Shown here: positions 12,896 through 26,318 of the stretch, piece by piece
How the letters are laid out: each line of letters starts with the position of its first letter
Numbering within the stretch: the first letter of the stretch is position 1
From: Octopus sinensis
Lineage: Eukaryota
Direction of reading: 5' to 3'
NCBI RefSeq assembly: GCF_006345805.1
Contig: NC_043013.1
Location: forward strand, 33,170,001 to 33,234,000
Length of the DNA: 64,000 nucleotides
The notes under the pieces: model-generated
The model's input: only the letters and a program-made list of their open reading frames with translations
The model's database searches: none
What the model was told of the DNA's origin: nothing
Program-made: the position numbers and the translations under genes

Positions 12896-13293
12896 TCTTT
12901 ATATATAAAAGTGAAGTTGTGTGTCTGTTTCCTACGATTTAGATTCCTAACTACTCCCACATTTTGCGGTGCAGTTTAACCAAAACTGGGTATCTTATAG
13001 TCGTGATTCATATCGAGCCTTTCTGGGTATTAGCGCGCGTCTACGGTGAGTCTACGATTTAAAAAAAAAGTTACCATCATTTTTTCCATTTTAGTGCATT
13101 TGTTTCGCTATCATATAAGGGAAGTAACTCTCTAAAAATGTCTACGATGGGTCAACGATTTAAAAAAAAAATTACCATCATTTTTTTTCCATTTTTAATA
13201 CATTTTTTTGCTATTTTTTGGCTATAACTCTCTAAAAATGCTTATATAGTTATTTCCATTACAAACCCGAGCAACGCCGGGTGATACTGCTAG
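12896..13293 (+). mobile_element. Non-autonomous Helitron
   Basis: A|TC 5' end (tctttatatataaaag), subterminal hairpin cccgagcaacgccggg, CTAG|T 3' end; internal ~90-bp duplication; second copy at 45694-46101. Confidence 0.85.
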
Positions 13294-13899
13294 TTACAAA
13301 ATAAAGAAAGCAGAGAAATAAAGAAAGAGAAGAATTATGTCAAATCTTATCTCGACAGCTGTTCCTTAACGACATTAACTTGCGTATAACCATATCCATA
13401 TGTAATATATGCATGATGTCATAGCTGCGCGTCCTGTGACAAAGCAGAATGAAATTGTTAAAATAATGTTGGCCTCCCTTCTCTAGTGGAATGTGGCAAA
13501 TGCGTATTTCCTTGTAGTTTTTACAAATATAAAAGTTTAAAAGAAAACCCCGTGAGTTAGTGACGAAAACCTGGGAGGAAGCAGAGGGAATTATTAAATA
13601 ATTATTAAATAGTTTAGGGGTGGGGGCACGAGATAAAGATATTACTTGACAAAGACTAGATATAGAAAATGTAATGTTAATAGCTGGCTGAAGAAACGTA
13701 GTTGTGAGTTCAAAATATCGAGTAGTAGTTTACAGAAAAGATGGAACGGTTAAGAATACCAGAGGAGAGGGAAAAGGGTAGCGGCGGAAATTAAGCGCTA
13801 TGATTTGGAAGTAGGTATGTAGAAAAAGAAGAAAATACAGTGAGTAAAAGAGAATTGTAGATAAGATGTAAAGTTATATTAATTTTAGATAATGAGGAA

Positions 13900-14332
13900 A
13901 GATCCCGTAGAAATTACGCTACAAGCAAAGATTACGCCCCACAATCGATTAAAGGAAGATGTCTCTTTTAGCGTAGTGTAGTGAGAGACACTCAGCGACA
14001 TAATTTACAGATGTCTTGATCTGCTTTGTAGGGAATTCCACGGTGCTTAAGAGGCCAGAATAGTTTATTAGGCGTTGAATATAAATCTTTTGGGAATTCG
14101 GCTATATAGAATTCCTATTTGAGCAGGTAGGAAGGCTTGAAGAAAATCGCCCCTCGATGTAGACCTTAGTTTGGTAGGAACATGAAGTTGTGATCGTACA
14201 TTTATACGAAACGTTATAGTACAAACAATTACCATTCAGACGACAACTTTCTAAAACTCGACAGTTACAGGTTTTCTTACTGCCAATAGATGGGGGTCTC
14301 CGTAAGCATCTCATCGTGATAAATACTATCAT
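13900..14332 (-). pseudogene. Decayed Penelope-like element GIY-YIG endonuclease (possibly Naiad-like)
   Basis: KTCNCRVLESCRLNGNCL..VSYKC...KVYI, then GIPYKADQDICKLC with stops; clade assignment is inference. Confidence 0.7.
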
Positions 14333-14439
14333 TCATCGTATAAGTAGAAGCTAAAGTATTAGCGTCACTACCATTAAGGTGGGATGAGCTTGCATTCATT
14401 GATTGAACCTATAAACAGAGAAACAAAAAAAGAAAAAAA

Positions 14440-14600
14440 ATGGGATAGACTGCTTTCAACTCCCATGCTTGAGGAGAATATATGACATCAAGTGGCTGCG
14501 AAGAAACTGAAATTGTACAACTGCAGTGTGACAACGGCAGTAAAAGGAGAAATGACAAAATAAGATGCAGATGCTGGAACTGGATCGGACACGTCTTCAC
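14440..14600 (+). mobile_element. Short RTE-like LINE fragment
   Basis: Frameshifted CLRRIYDIKW ... RCWNWIGHV. Confidence 0.55.
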
Positions 14601-14647
14601 CCTAGATGGAGAATTCTAATACACAATATCGTACATCACTTCAAAAC

Positions 14648-14694
<47 letters not shown>

Positions 14695-14721
14695 TTTATT
14701 TTAAGCAGCAGAAAATTCAAC

Positions 14722-14771
14722 AAAATCTGTTACTCTCTGAGTTTCTCGTTGCCGTTCATCAGACAGTTTTT
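14722..14771 (-). ncRNA. Type I hammerhead ribozyme motif, canonical core
   Basis: AAAAA-CUGU-CUGAUGA-A-CG-GCAA-CG-A-GAAA-CUC-AGA-GAG-UA/ACAG-A-UUUU: helices I and III formed, short helix II with a GNRA loop. Confidence 0.7.
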
Positions 14772-14783
14772 GCTAGAACAGTT

Positions 14784-14826
14784 TTGTCTGATGAACGGCA
14801 ACGAGAAACCAGAGTAACAGATTTTG
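14784..14826 (+). ncRNA. Type I hammerhead ribozyme motif, canonical core, short helix III
   Basis: UUGU-CUGAUGA-A-CG-GCAA-CG-A-GAAA-C-CAGA-G-UA/ACAG. Confidence 0.6.
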
Positions 14827-14929
14827 TTGAATTTTCTGCTGCTTAAAATAAAGCATATTACTCTACCACTGGTATTTGAGTACTCTTTTTTCCACCTTGT
14901 TCCACCTTGTTTCCATTTATGTGTTTTCC

Positions 14930-14965
<36 letters not shown>

Positions 14966-15004
14966 TGCAGCGTGGAAGGTGTTTCTTAAATGGCTTACAC
15001 AAAC

Positions 15005-15104
15005 NNNNNNNNNNNNNNNNNNNNNNNNNNNNNNNNNNNNNNNNNNNNNNNNNNNNNNNNNNNNNNNNNNNNNNNNNNNNNNNNNNNNNNNNNNNNNNNN
15101 NNNN
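15005..15104. other. Assembly gap (100 N)
   Basis: Run of n. Confidence 1.
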
Positions 15105-15138
15105 TAATAATAATAATAATAATATAATAATAATAATA

Positions 15139-15173
<35 letters not shown>

Positions 15174-17227
15174 GTGGTAGATAAAGAAATATATGAAAAA
15201 ATGAATATAGAAAAAAAAAACACATATAAAAAAGTAATTGCTGCTAGAAAAAAAAAAGAAGGAAGACAAAAACGACAAAGATATTACGATTGAAAAAGAA
15301 TAAATAAAAATGAGAGACACGTATATACAAAAATTAACGGACAGTGGTCGGTCTAGCAGTGATAATACGAAATTAGGTAATATCTATTGAATGGAATATG
15401 CCGACTCCCAGACTACAGCCTTATAGCTTTCTGAATGGACTGAAATAAAAACTATAAAACAACAACAACAACAAATGCGACAACAAAAACTGCAACAATA
15501 ACAGCAATAACAACAACAACAACAACAAAACACGAGAAAGGAATAGAGAGAAAGGAAAACAAACAAGACACTGAAATATAAGTTTACATAGATACACACA
15601 TATATATGTATATATACATATATACATATATATATATGTATATATATTTATGTATATTTATGTGTATATATATATATATTATTATATATATATATATATA
15701 CATACATATATATATATGTGTGTGTGTGTGTATCTATATATGTATATACATAAATGTGTATATGCATACACACTCATATATATATATATATATATATACG
15801 AAAAAAAATAAATAATATCAATAAATTAATACAAGGCCTGAATATCAAAATAATAGCAATAAGCAAAATACATAGATATAAAATAAAATAATACAAATAT
15901 ATAATAAAAGTAATAAGAAAAAAAATCGAAAAACGAAAGAAAGAAAGAAACAAAGAAAGAAAGAAAGAAATGGAACAGAAAAGAGAAATAAAGCGAGCGA
16001 CATAATAACATTGAAAATGGAATACGAGTAAAATAAAAATGGTTTTGATGTATGTATGTATGGCAAAACTGAAGCCCATTTTCAGCAAGATTTGCTGCCT
16101 TCAAACGTCCAACACAAATGCCTTGGAAGCAAAGTGTGAGCATGGCTTTTTGTCATGTGGCCATAATAGAAACAGGGGGGATGTGGGGCGGGGTTCTAAA
16201 AATTCTTTAGCGATAAACATAATTACAATAAAGAAATAAATATCAATGATCAAATACGGATTGTTTATTCCCTTTCTCTGAGTGTGTACGTGCGTATATA
16301 TATATATATACATAGGTATGTGTGTGTGTGTGTGTATAAATATATGTATGTATTTATACGTGTGTGTGTGTGTGTGTGTGTGTGCGTATCAATATCTTTA
16401 TACATACACATATATATTTTCATAGATATGAACCTACTTAAATACATATAAGTACATATCTATATACACATGTATAAATATACACGCGCTTTCACATATA
16501 TGAGTATATATATATATATGTCATACGAGTATCCATGCAAATAAATAATATATATATGTATATAGATATAATATTCACATATATTTATTTGTGTATATAT
16601 ATATTTAAGTAAGTGTGTATATATATGTTGAGTGATATGAGCGTTTTCAATAAAGATCTTCCAATATAGCCAACACAAGGTCGAATCCAGTTTATTTTGA
16701 AGTTAAATTATACTGTTAGAAAAATGAAAAAAGTAAAATTACTATATCAGGGAAGTAATTTCATTGGCTGCAGGATGAATCTACTGTGAAAATAAATATA
16801 TGAATGTATAGGATAAGAGAGATAGTAAGAAGAAAGCTAAAGAGAGAGAGATAGAGGAGGAGAGAAAGCGTGAAATAGAGGTGAAAGAGATAGTAAAACG
16901 GAATATAAGGGTGAGAAGACGATTGCGAATTTGAATTTAAAAATAGCAATGTATCAATCATATTGATAGTGATACTCGTCTAAGTCTGGTACTTATTTTG
17001 TCGATTCTATTTGTCGAAGCGCTAATTTATGGGATATAAACGTACAGGATACAGAAAACAATGCTGATTTTTATTGATATTTTATATTATATCTATACAA
17101 AAACCTAAATAATGTCACGTAAACACAGACAAATATCAGTCTGTGTGTGGGGGTTATGGTTAGTGTGTGTGTACGTATATACAGATTTGTATACATGGCT
17201 GTGTAGTGTGTGTGTAGGTTGCATGCA

Positions 17228-17400
17228 TACGAGGTGATGAAAATGGTGGCATAACTTTTTATGAACTTCCATAGGTTGTCCAGATAGCGCACGTTTGTAG
17301 AGTAAAACTTCCTTCACATGAAACGTATTATTCAATATTATATCCACCTCGAGCGATGCATTTGCGCCACTATTGCGCACAAATCTTAAATCCAATTTGA
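17228..17400 (-). mobile_element. Mariner 3'-terminal fragment
   Basis: Minus strand reads WRKCIARGGYNIE* (typical mariner C-terminus); tacgaggtg terminus. Confidence 0.5.
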
Positions 17401-17479
17401 AAATGTGGAAGAGGTGTTCACTTTTCTGTTTCCTTTATCACACCCCTTTTTACCGCGTGTGTGTCAGCAAGTCATTGTT

Positions 17480-17900
17480 CTCGAAGACTGTCCTTCATTA
17501 AACCGAACCGGCGGAAGTCGTTCTGTATCCCAAATTCAAACTGTATTGTGAATTGGGTGACCAGTAGCCAGTTCAGTTTATCGATTGCTTTTTGTTAAGG
17601 CAAAGATGTGTGTGGTAGGACATTGGTTTGATCAATGTGAGTCGTATATAAATTCTTGTCCGGTCTCTTTCTGCTGAAAATTTTCTTGACTGTCTTTGCC
17701 AATCGCTGTCTTGTAAATTCCATAGCCTTAGAGAAGAGGTGTGACGCCATTGCAGGAAGTGAAGCTATATTTCCGGATCATATATCAACGCGCATCTTTC
17801 ATCTCCTGCCAGATCTGAAAACAAATATTTGCATTGCCTCCAAACACTAACTGTAGATCAGAGGCTTCCAGCCATTTCTCTTTAAAATTGAATATTATCT
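17480..17900 (-). mobile_element. Highly decayed LINE RT fragment (RTE-like)
   Basis: Weak residual motifs FQIWQE..KDAR and THIDQTN...LNWLL..QFEFG. Confidence 0.35.
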
Positions 17901-18182
17901 GCCAAGGTACCTCCTTTGGACACAACTTTCGATGACCAAAATCCTTCTTCAATGCATTTTGTCTACAGTTCTTCGTGCAAGAATTCGATTTGTCAAAGGC
18001 AACTTATTCCAGTGGTGGTAATCAATAATCTCTTACTTTATTTTCAATTTTCAATTCCCATTCTTTACTCCTTCAAATTTTCTCCTCTGTCAATGCACAT
18101 TTGTCTTATAAATGGTGTCTTCTTCTTTTAACCCAATTCATTACCTGATTCTCTATTTTGCCTGACTCTTTCTTTTCTCTCC

Positions 18183-18219
18183 TTTTTCTGATGAAGCCTG
18201 GCGTCCGAAACGTCAAAGA
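18183..18219 (+). ncRNA. Minimal hammerhead motif, canonical core, in a probable pLTR remnant
   Basis: UUUUU-CUGAUGA-A-G..C-GAAA-CG-UC/AAAGA: GUC site, ACGU palindromic helix III, 5-bp helix I, weak helix II; preceded by a pyrimidine-rich tract. Confidence 0.55.
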
Positions 18220-19030
18220 CACTTTCAATTCGATTTATGGGTTAATCCAATATCAAGCATGCTAAAATCTGTCCCAGCCGTTTCGGCTTCCCTTTTCTCA
18301 TTACCACCGCTACACACACACACACACATATATATGTATGTGTTTGTGTTTGTATGTGTGTAAGTACGTGTGTGTGTTTGCACGCACGCATGAATATAAG
18401 TATGTACGTATTTATGAATAACCATGGAAGACAAATAAAAGGGAAAGGAGTGGATAATAAAGGTAATGCCTGAAAAAGGTGAAAGAATGTGTCATATATA
18501 TATGTGTGTGAGTGTGTGTATATATATATACATGGAGACAGCGTTTAAGAAGTTATATAAGTAAGAAGGAGGGGTAGGAAGATAGAAGTACGGAGAAGCA
18601 AGTGTGAGATAGAGAGATAGATTGAATTGAGAAAGTGAGAGTGGGTGATAAAGAGAAAATAGCCGAAAAATAAACGCTTACATCTAATGCAAGGACACCT
18701 CACATGTATACTTTATATACGGTTGTGTATGTGTATGCCTCTTTATCTCACATGCACGCACTCTCTATCGCCCTATACATACATACACATACACATAAAT
18801 GTTCACACTCACACACACACACACACACACACACCACATATATATATATATATATATACATGCAAAAACAATTGTATGTAAACAAACAGAAACAGAAGTA
18901 CACAGAGACAGAAAGTTAAATACGACATACAGAAAGAAATACGTGCATGTGTGTGTTTGTGCGTGTGTGTGTATGAGTGTGCGTGCGAGTGTGTGTTCAT
19001 GTATGCATGCATGTATATCTATACATACAT

Positions 19031-19103
<73 letters not shown>

Positions 19104-19606
19104 TGCATGGATATAATATGCGTTATAGTCAGCAGTATCACAAATAATGATATTTGTTTGAAGGTTTTCCATAGGCAAAAGAGCGCCGCAAGTCATATAT
19201 ATATGTTACCTTGGCTCACTATGAATGGTACCGCAAAAAAAAAAAAAATATTTCAAAAAATAACAAGTAAATATATAAATATTATACAATTGTATACATA
19301 TAATATAAAAACAACATATACACCAACAATACATTATGAAATTATACACAACAGAGACTAAAATAGTCTTTCATATTTTCATATTTTTGAGATTGTATTT
19401 GATATATATATTTTTTATAATCTTAACATATATATTATATCCAGTTTATTTGTTTTGTTAATCTTCTTTATAAGTGTATATATTTATTTAGATATATATA
19501 TCTAGATAAATGCTTCACTTTCATACCCGAAACTCATATACTCTGTTTTTATCAGACTATCTCCCTGTCTGCTTGACACTCTCTTTCCTTTCTCACATAT
19601 CCAGCG

Positions 19607-19795
<189 letters not shown>

Positions 19796-20037
19796 TGGCA
19801 ATCTTTGTCTTTATAATTCTATACTTTCCTCTACTTAACTCTATATGTACTGTGCATAGAAATAAATACCTACATGCATATATATGTGTGTATATATATA
19901 TATAGGTATATATATATATATATACATATATACATACATACATAGACAGAAACGCATGTATATATGTATACATATGTTTATTATAAATATATTTATATAT
20001 ATATATAATATATATATATATATAATATATATATATT

Positions 20038-20117
<80 letters not shown>

Positions 20118-20279
20118 GGTATGTATATATGTATATATGTAAACACATACTCATACACACCAATTCAATGTGTACCTCTATTGTTATGCGAAACATGACG
20201 AATGACTCGGTCGTCATGCTATGTGAATAACAACACTAGAAATAGCCGGAACGATAATTCACAGGGAAACAACGACGAT

Positions 20280-21790
20280 CACCATCGCCTCCATCGCCAG
20301 CACCACCTCCGCCGCCAGCACCAACACCACCACCAATAGCACCACAACCAGCACCACAACCACCACATCGACGAGGTTGACCACGACGACTGTGGTGAAT
20401 ATGACAACTATGACGACTACCGTCACTATGATCATCATCGTCATCATCAGTATCATCAGCACCATCCTCGTCGTGGTCGCCAACATCGTCGTCGTCATCA
20501 TCATCATCATCATCATCATCACCACCACCACTACCACCACCACCACCACCACCACCACCAGCAGCACCAGCACCACCACCATCATCATCATCACCATTAT
20601 CATCATCATCATCACCACCACCACCACCACCACCACAATAATCATCATCAGCAGCAGAACCACCATCCTCATCGTCGCATTCCTCCTCCTCCTCCTCATC
20701 ATCATCGTCGTCGTCGTCATAATCATCACCCTTATGACGAATGCCACTATAAGCCAGCAGCAGCGCCACCACCATCCTGCTTCTGTTCCACCCTGGCAAT
20801 CGTCATCAACAATGTCGTCACCGTGACGTCTAGCATCATCACTAACAACAGCGGCACCACAATGCTCATCACCGCCACCATGACCAATCGCACTTCGGCC
20901 ATTGCCAACTCCACCATCACCATCACCACCTTCCATCAGCAGCCCTTTACACAATGCACCATCAACATAATCTTTACTTACACAAATTGAGGCCCCACCC
21001 CCATCAACCCCCACCACTAAATGAATACCATCAATATCGTATTGTTGGCTCCAACACCACCACCACCACAACATCAACCGCCACCACCACCACCTCCAAC
21101 AACAACAACCACCACCACAACCAACAACAACCATCACCACCACCGACCACCACCCCCAACCACCACCACCACCACCACCACCACCAACACCACCTACACC
21201 TAACCCCCCCCCACTACCACCACCACCAACAACAAAAACAACAACCACCGCGCCACGACGACGACGACGACCACCACCACTACCACCGCAACGCTCACTG
21301 CTACCAAAACTATCGACTACAGCACCACTTCGGCCACTAGACACTACAACAACAGCCACTACCACCACCACCACCACCACCACCATCGCCACCACCTCCG
21401 CCGTCACAAAAACAATATCTATGACGACTCCAACAACAACAACAACAACGATACCACCTGAGTGACTAGAAGATTATTGTCAATCGTTCCACCGCCATCG
21501 TCAACATAGCCGCCATCGTCGACACCAGCACTGTCTTCCCAGCACCATACGGAGATAAAGACTAACACCGCCTCACCACCACCACCACCACCACCACCAT
21601 CGCCACCATCACCAATGCCATCAACATCATGACCGACGAGGTCACCGTCACCGACACAAGTCTAATCCTTACCACTACCATCACCACCACTGACACCATA
21701 ACAATCATCACCACAAACCATTACCGCCTCCACCACCACCACCACCACCACCACCGCCACCACCATTACTATCAGCATCAGTATCAAAAA
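20280..21790. repeat. 1.5-kb mosaic of (CAC)n/(CAT)n/(GAC)n/(CAA)n trinucleotide repeats
   Basis: Direct reading; C/A-rich plus strand, which explains the long stop-free ORFs. Confidence 0.9.
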
Positions 21791-22092
21791 GCATTACAAT
21801 AGCCGCATCATCAACAATAACATCAACTACAATAAGAACAACATTAGCAGTAATATGGACAATAATGCAAAACACTTCAAATATGGCAAAAAGACAAAAA
21901 AAATATGTATAAAGAAATAAAAAATATACAAAGATATAAAAAAAATTAGATATGAGCCAAAACCTAACATAAAAGTAATCTTTATATATATATATATGTA
22001 TATATATACACATATATATGTATATATATATACATATGGGCATATATGCATATATACATATGTGCATACATACCTATACGTACGTACATATA

Positions 22093-22166
<74 letters not shown>

Positions 22167-22173
22167 CATATGC

Positions 22174-22218
<45 letters not shown>

Positions 22219-22990
22219 TAGACATAGGCACTGTCATGCATACGTCTCTCTCTCTCTCATTCTCTGTATTAATCTTCCCACCCCCCTCCACGCGTTCTAT
22301 ATACGTGTGTATGTGTGTTTGTGTGTGTATTTCTACACGTATGTGCATATGTATATATGTAATATGCATACACACAAAGGCACACACGCACACATATATA
22401 TATATATGCACACACATACAGACACACGCACACTCACAGAGATAAATACACTCACATAAATTTCTATTTGCATACACACACACAAGATATACAATAATTG
22501 TTGTTCATTGGTCACGTGTGACAGCGAACTGTAGAAGCGTGGACCAATATCAGAGCAAATATTTGTATTATGTTCTTTTTGGCCCAGTTCAGTCCAATTA
22601 GATATCTATCTGTAGTCGTAATATTCTAGTAAATGTGCTGAAATAGTCAACATGAAAGGTTGATTTATTTAGCTAAATATTCTACCAATTGGAAAATGCA
22701 GAAATTTATATTGCCAATTCTCTACAGTAATTCAAAGAGTTACAAACACAAAACAAAAACTCATTTACAAATGCAGATTCACCCTCACATATACACACAC
22801 ATCACACACACACATACACACACACATACGCAAGCACACAAGCATACACACTCATGCACGCACAAACACGCGCACGCATGTACGTACACATAGACTCGCG
22901 CACACAAACACACGTATATGAAAACACAGACACACACACATGTATATATACGGTATAGTGTATATATTCAGCATAAAAACATATGCACGT

Positions 22991-23072
<82 letters not shown>

Positions 23073-23176
23073 TACATATATATATATGAGTACACATGCA
23101 TATGTAAAAACTCACACAGATTTATACACACATACTCACTCACACACTCATACACTCACATACATACACACACATA

Positions 23177-23257
<81 letters not shown>

Positions 23258-23332
23258 ATATATATATACATATTTCAAGACATGCACCTATACACCTTCA
23301 CACATATATGAAGAAATGTGTAGGAGTCTCTT

Positions 23333-23372
<40 letters not shown>

Positions 23373-23866
23373 CGTATGCATATATGTATGTATATATGTA
23401 CATACATATATATAGATATATCTGTGTGTGTTTCTGTAAAATTCTTTTAGCAATGTGAGCGCATACCAATGTTTATGCAAACGGGCATGTATAATTTTTT
23501 CAAACACATTTGTGAAAAAGGCCAATATAACGAGAGACTATAAGACTAATGTTTTTTTTCTATTATAAACACCTCATCAACACTCAATATTATTGAAGTA
23601 TCATGCTACATCATTTAAGTGTTTTATGCAACAGAATTCCGCAATGGAAGTGATGCGGCGGTTTTCATAATAAAGCTCCTAGAGACGGTACACAAACGAT
23701 CATTCAACATATTACACACACACACATGCGCGTGCACACATACACACTCAGACACGTTCATACACACATACGCGTATACATATATATAGATATACATAGA
23801 CACCCGCACAAACGTGCACATGCTTACACTCACACGCACATGCACACATACACATATATCTCATTA

Positions 23867-24064
23867 TTTTATCTTTCTGCATACAAGTCGAATTTTTCAG
23901 ACCAAAATTTACGACCCGAACAAGGTAGGTCGACTTATACACCTAAAAAATTCTGGAAAACCTAATATTCCAATCGAAATGCAGGAATATTTGAATGATA
24001 TTTGAATGCTTACACTGCGTATTTACACTATATATTATATCGACTTGTATGCCGGAAAATACGG
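23867..24064. mobile_element. MITE with Tc2/pogo-like CCGTA termini
   Basis: gcatacaagtcga (23879-23891) versus tcgacttgtatgc-cggaaaatacgg (24040-24064); outer part of the left TIR decayed. Confidence 0.6.
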
Positions 24065-24848
24065 TGTAGTGCATATTATCAACTAATATCATAATTCATA
24101 AATTTTTATAACCGAGAGCTATTCTTCAAGTGGTGTTGTCTGTACTCCCATGCAGTCGGCAATGGAATTTTATATAGATAAAGCCATTAAGCACTTCATT
24201 AAAAAATTTCTCTTTAGTCAGAGGAAGGAGTACACCGCCAAGCACCTTATATATTTTCAAGGTTTCGAATCTGGTCGTAGAAAGGCTAAAATATATATTC
24301 AAGTTATTCTCTGCTTACAAAGTTTGCAAATGAGCGCACAAAGTCATTCAAGGTCGGAATAGCAGTTTGAAATTTGGACAACGTTTTATCTTTACTACCC
24401 AGAACTGCAAACTGAGAAAACCAGAAAGTATTTTGTGAGGCATCAGTTCCAGTGTTCTAACAACTTCACTGTTTCATTGTTATGCACTGGTATAAATAAT
24501 ATCGACCATAACATTTTAATGAAAAAAATCAACATGTTGACCTAGGTGGGGCTTGAATTTGGAGCGTAGTAAATTTGCGTGATTATTTCTCCACACGTTT
24601 CTTCCAGTTCGTACAATTCTGGTAAGTCACCACCTGAAACCAATTCACAACTCACAGACAAATCACTGCCTGTGTTCCACACTATAAAGGTTTGGTATCA
24701 TAATATTTGTTAGGATTAATAAGAATGATATGTGAAAGGGATTATGAACCTTTGATTCCATTAGAGAATTTTGTCTGTAATTAATGGCGTAAGATTTAGA
24801 TTTTATCAATCGATAAATATTTTGTTAATGTTTTTTTAAATCTTTTAG

Positions 24849-24911
24849 TGAGGAAGAACGTCAGTATCCATGGCTTTGTAGAAGGTCTGCAAGACAGTGA
24901 GAATGGAAGAA
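24849..24911 (+). CDS. Candidate 63-nt symmetric phase-1 exon (xRKNVSIHGFVEGLQDSENGR)
   Basis: tttttttaaatcttttag acceptor, gaa|gtaagt donor, one open frame. Confidence 0.3.
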
Positions 24912-25087
24912 GTAAGTTAACCTCAAACCCAAGAACTAGTCCGAGTGCTCACAAAATGTTTCAGCTACAAAATATAAGCCAAGAAGATAACAAGTTAATC
25001 TATACAGACAAAACGACAATATATTTCTCTAAGAGTGACACATGAGCATTGCATAACAGAGATGACTTGGTTATGATTAGAATACTT

Positions 25088-25610
25088 TTGATCATAGACT
25101 GCTCGATCACAGACTACTTTGATCATGCTTTGCCGTTGATTACAGTCTGATCTCATGGTAATTTGTCATTAATCATAGCTTCCATTTGATCATAATCTCC
25201 CTATGATAATAGTCTGCCTTCGTGTATAGTTATCCTTTAATCATAGTCTCCCTTTGATCATAGTTTCCTTTTGACCACAGTCTGCCTTCGACAAAAGTCA
25301 CCTTTAGATTAGAGACTCCCTTTCATCATAGTCTGCTTTTAATTATAATTTCTCTTTCATCATAGTCTCTTTTAATCATAGCATGCTTAAGATCATAGTC
25401 TGTCTTTGTTTATATTCTGCATTTCATCATAGCCTTGATCAAAAGTTAGCCTTCGATTATATTCTGCCTTTCATCTTTGTTAAGCCATTGAGCTTAGTCT
25501 GAATTGACTTTGATGGTAGTCTGCCATTGATCATATTCTGCTCAATCATAATCTACCTTTGAACGTATTCTACTTTTGATAAGACTTTCGTTTTGATAAT
25601 AGTCTACCTT
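25088..25610. repeat. Degenerate 17-bp minisatellite, consensus ~GATCATAGTCTGCCTTT; looser copies extend to ~25860
   Basis: Recurrent gatcatagtc / ctgccttt units at ~17-bp spacing. Confidence 0.85.
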
Positions 25611-26318
25611 AAATCATGTCCTTTCTCTGTTTACTTTACATAGTTTACTTTAAATGATTATCGTTGTTCATGGTTTTGTTTCGGTCATTGCATACTATAG
25701 ACAATAATTGTTCCCTTTCCATTGTCGTTTTATTTCTGTCATAGTTTATGTTTGATCACAGTCTTTCGCAATAGTGAAAGACTATGATCATTCTTAGACT
25801 TAATTTGCTTTCCATACTAGCATGACTATGTTCTTAATATCTCTGTTAATAGTCTGTCTTCGAACAAACTCTGCATCTTTAAAACCTGTTTAGTCAGTGT
25901 TGACACGGTGGCTGATTGTGAACGAAGACAACGATTTAAATATTCTGAACTACAAATATTTGTTATCAGACATTAAAATAAAATGATATTCTTATACTTC
26001 TTCGAGTTTACGTACGTTCTTTCTCTTATTCCCTATTCCCCTTTTGTCTACATTTCTCTTTTATTCTTCCATCTTCTTTTTTCTAAAAATGATTTAACAC
26101 CATTATTGCAGCCATACAATAACTTTCTCTCCAGCTACCACCAGCCTCCCTCACTCCGTTACACAACATATTTCAGTCTCTTTCTCATCCTCTGAATATT
26201 CTTTTGCCTATGTTTGTGCATCAACACTTTCTGTCTCGTTCTTTCTGTTGTCTTCTCTGTATATCACTCACTCTATTCATCCCCACCTCTCTTCTATCGA
26301 TGATACATGAAAAGGACT

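Larger units (their letters stand above)
14694..14853. repeat. Inverted repeat (~70-bp arms), head-to-head Penelope-type pLTR junction
   Basis: ctttattttaagcagcagaaaattcaacaaaatctgttactct versus agagtaacagattttgttgaattttctgctgcttaaaataaag; each arm contains an HHR. Confidence 0.9.

Noticed and set aside
20259-21407. 382-aa and 187-aa ORFs as genes
   Set aside because: Pure low-complexity translation of trinucleotide repeats, with overlapping frames on both strands and no domain.
22505-22555. ATTGG-TCACGTG plus CCAAT as an ER-stress or promoter element
   Set aside because: Does not match ERSE spacing exactly, no adjacent gene start, and such short motifs are expected by chance.
25088-25610. 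CRISPR-like array (also 46560-47380)
   Set aside because: Contiguous degenerate units without unique spacers, eukaryotic context, no cas genes.
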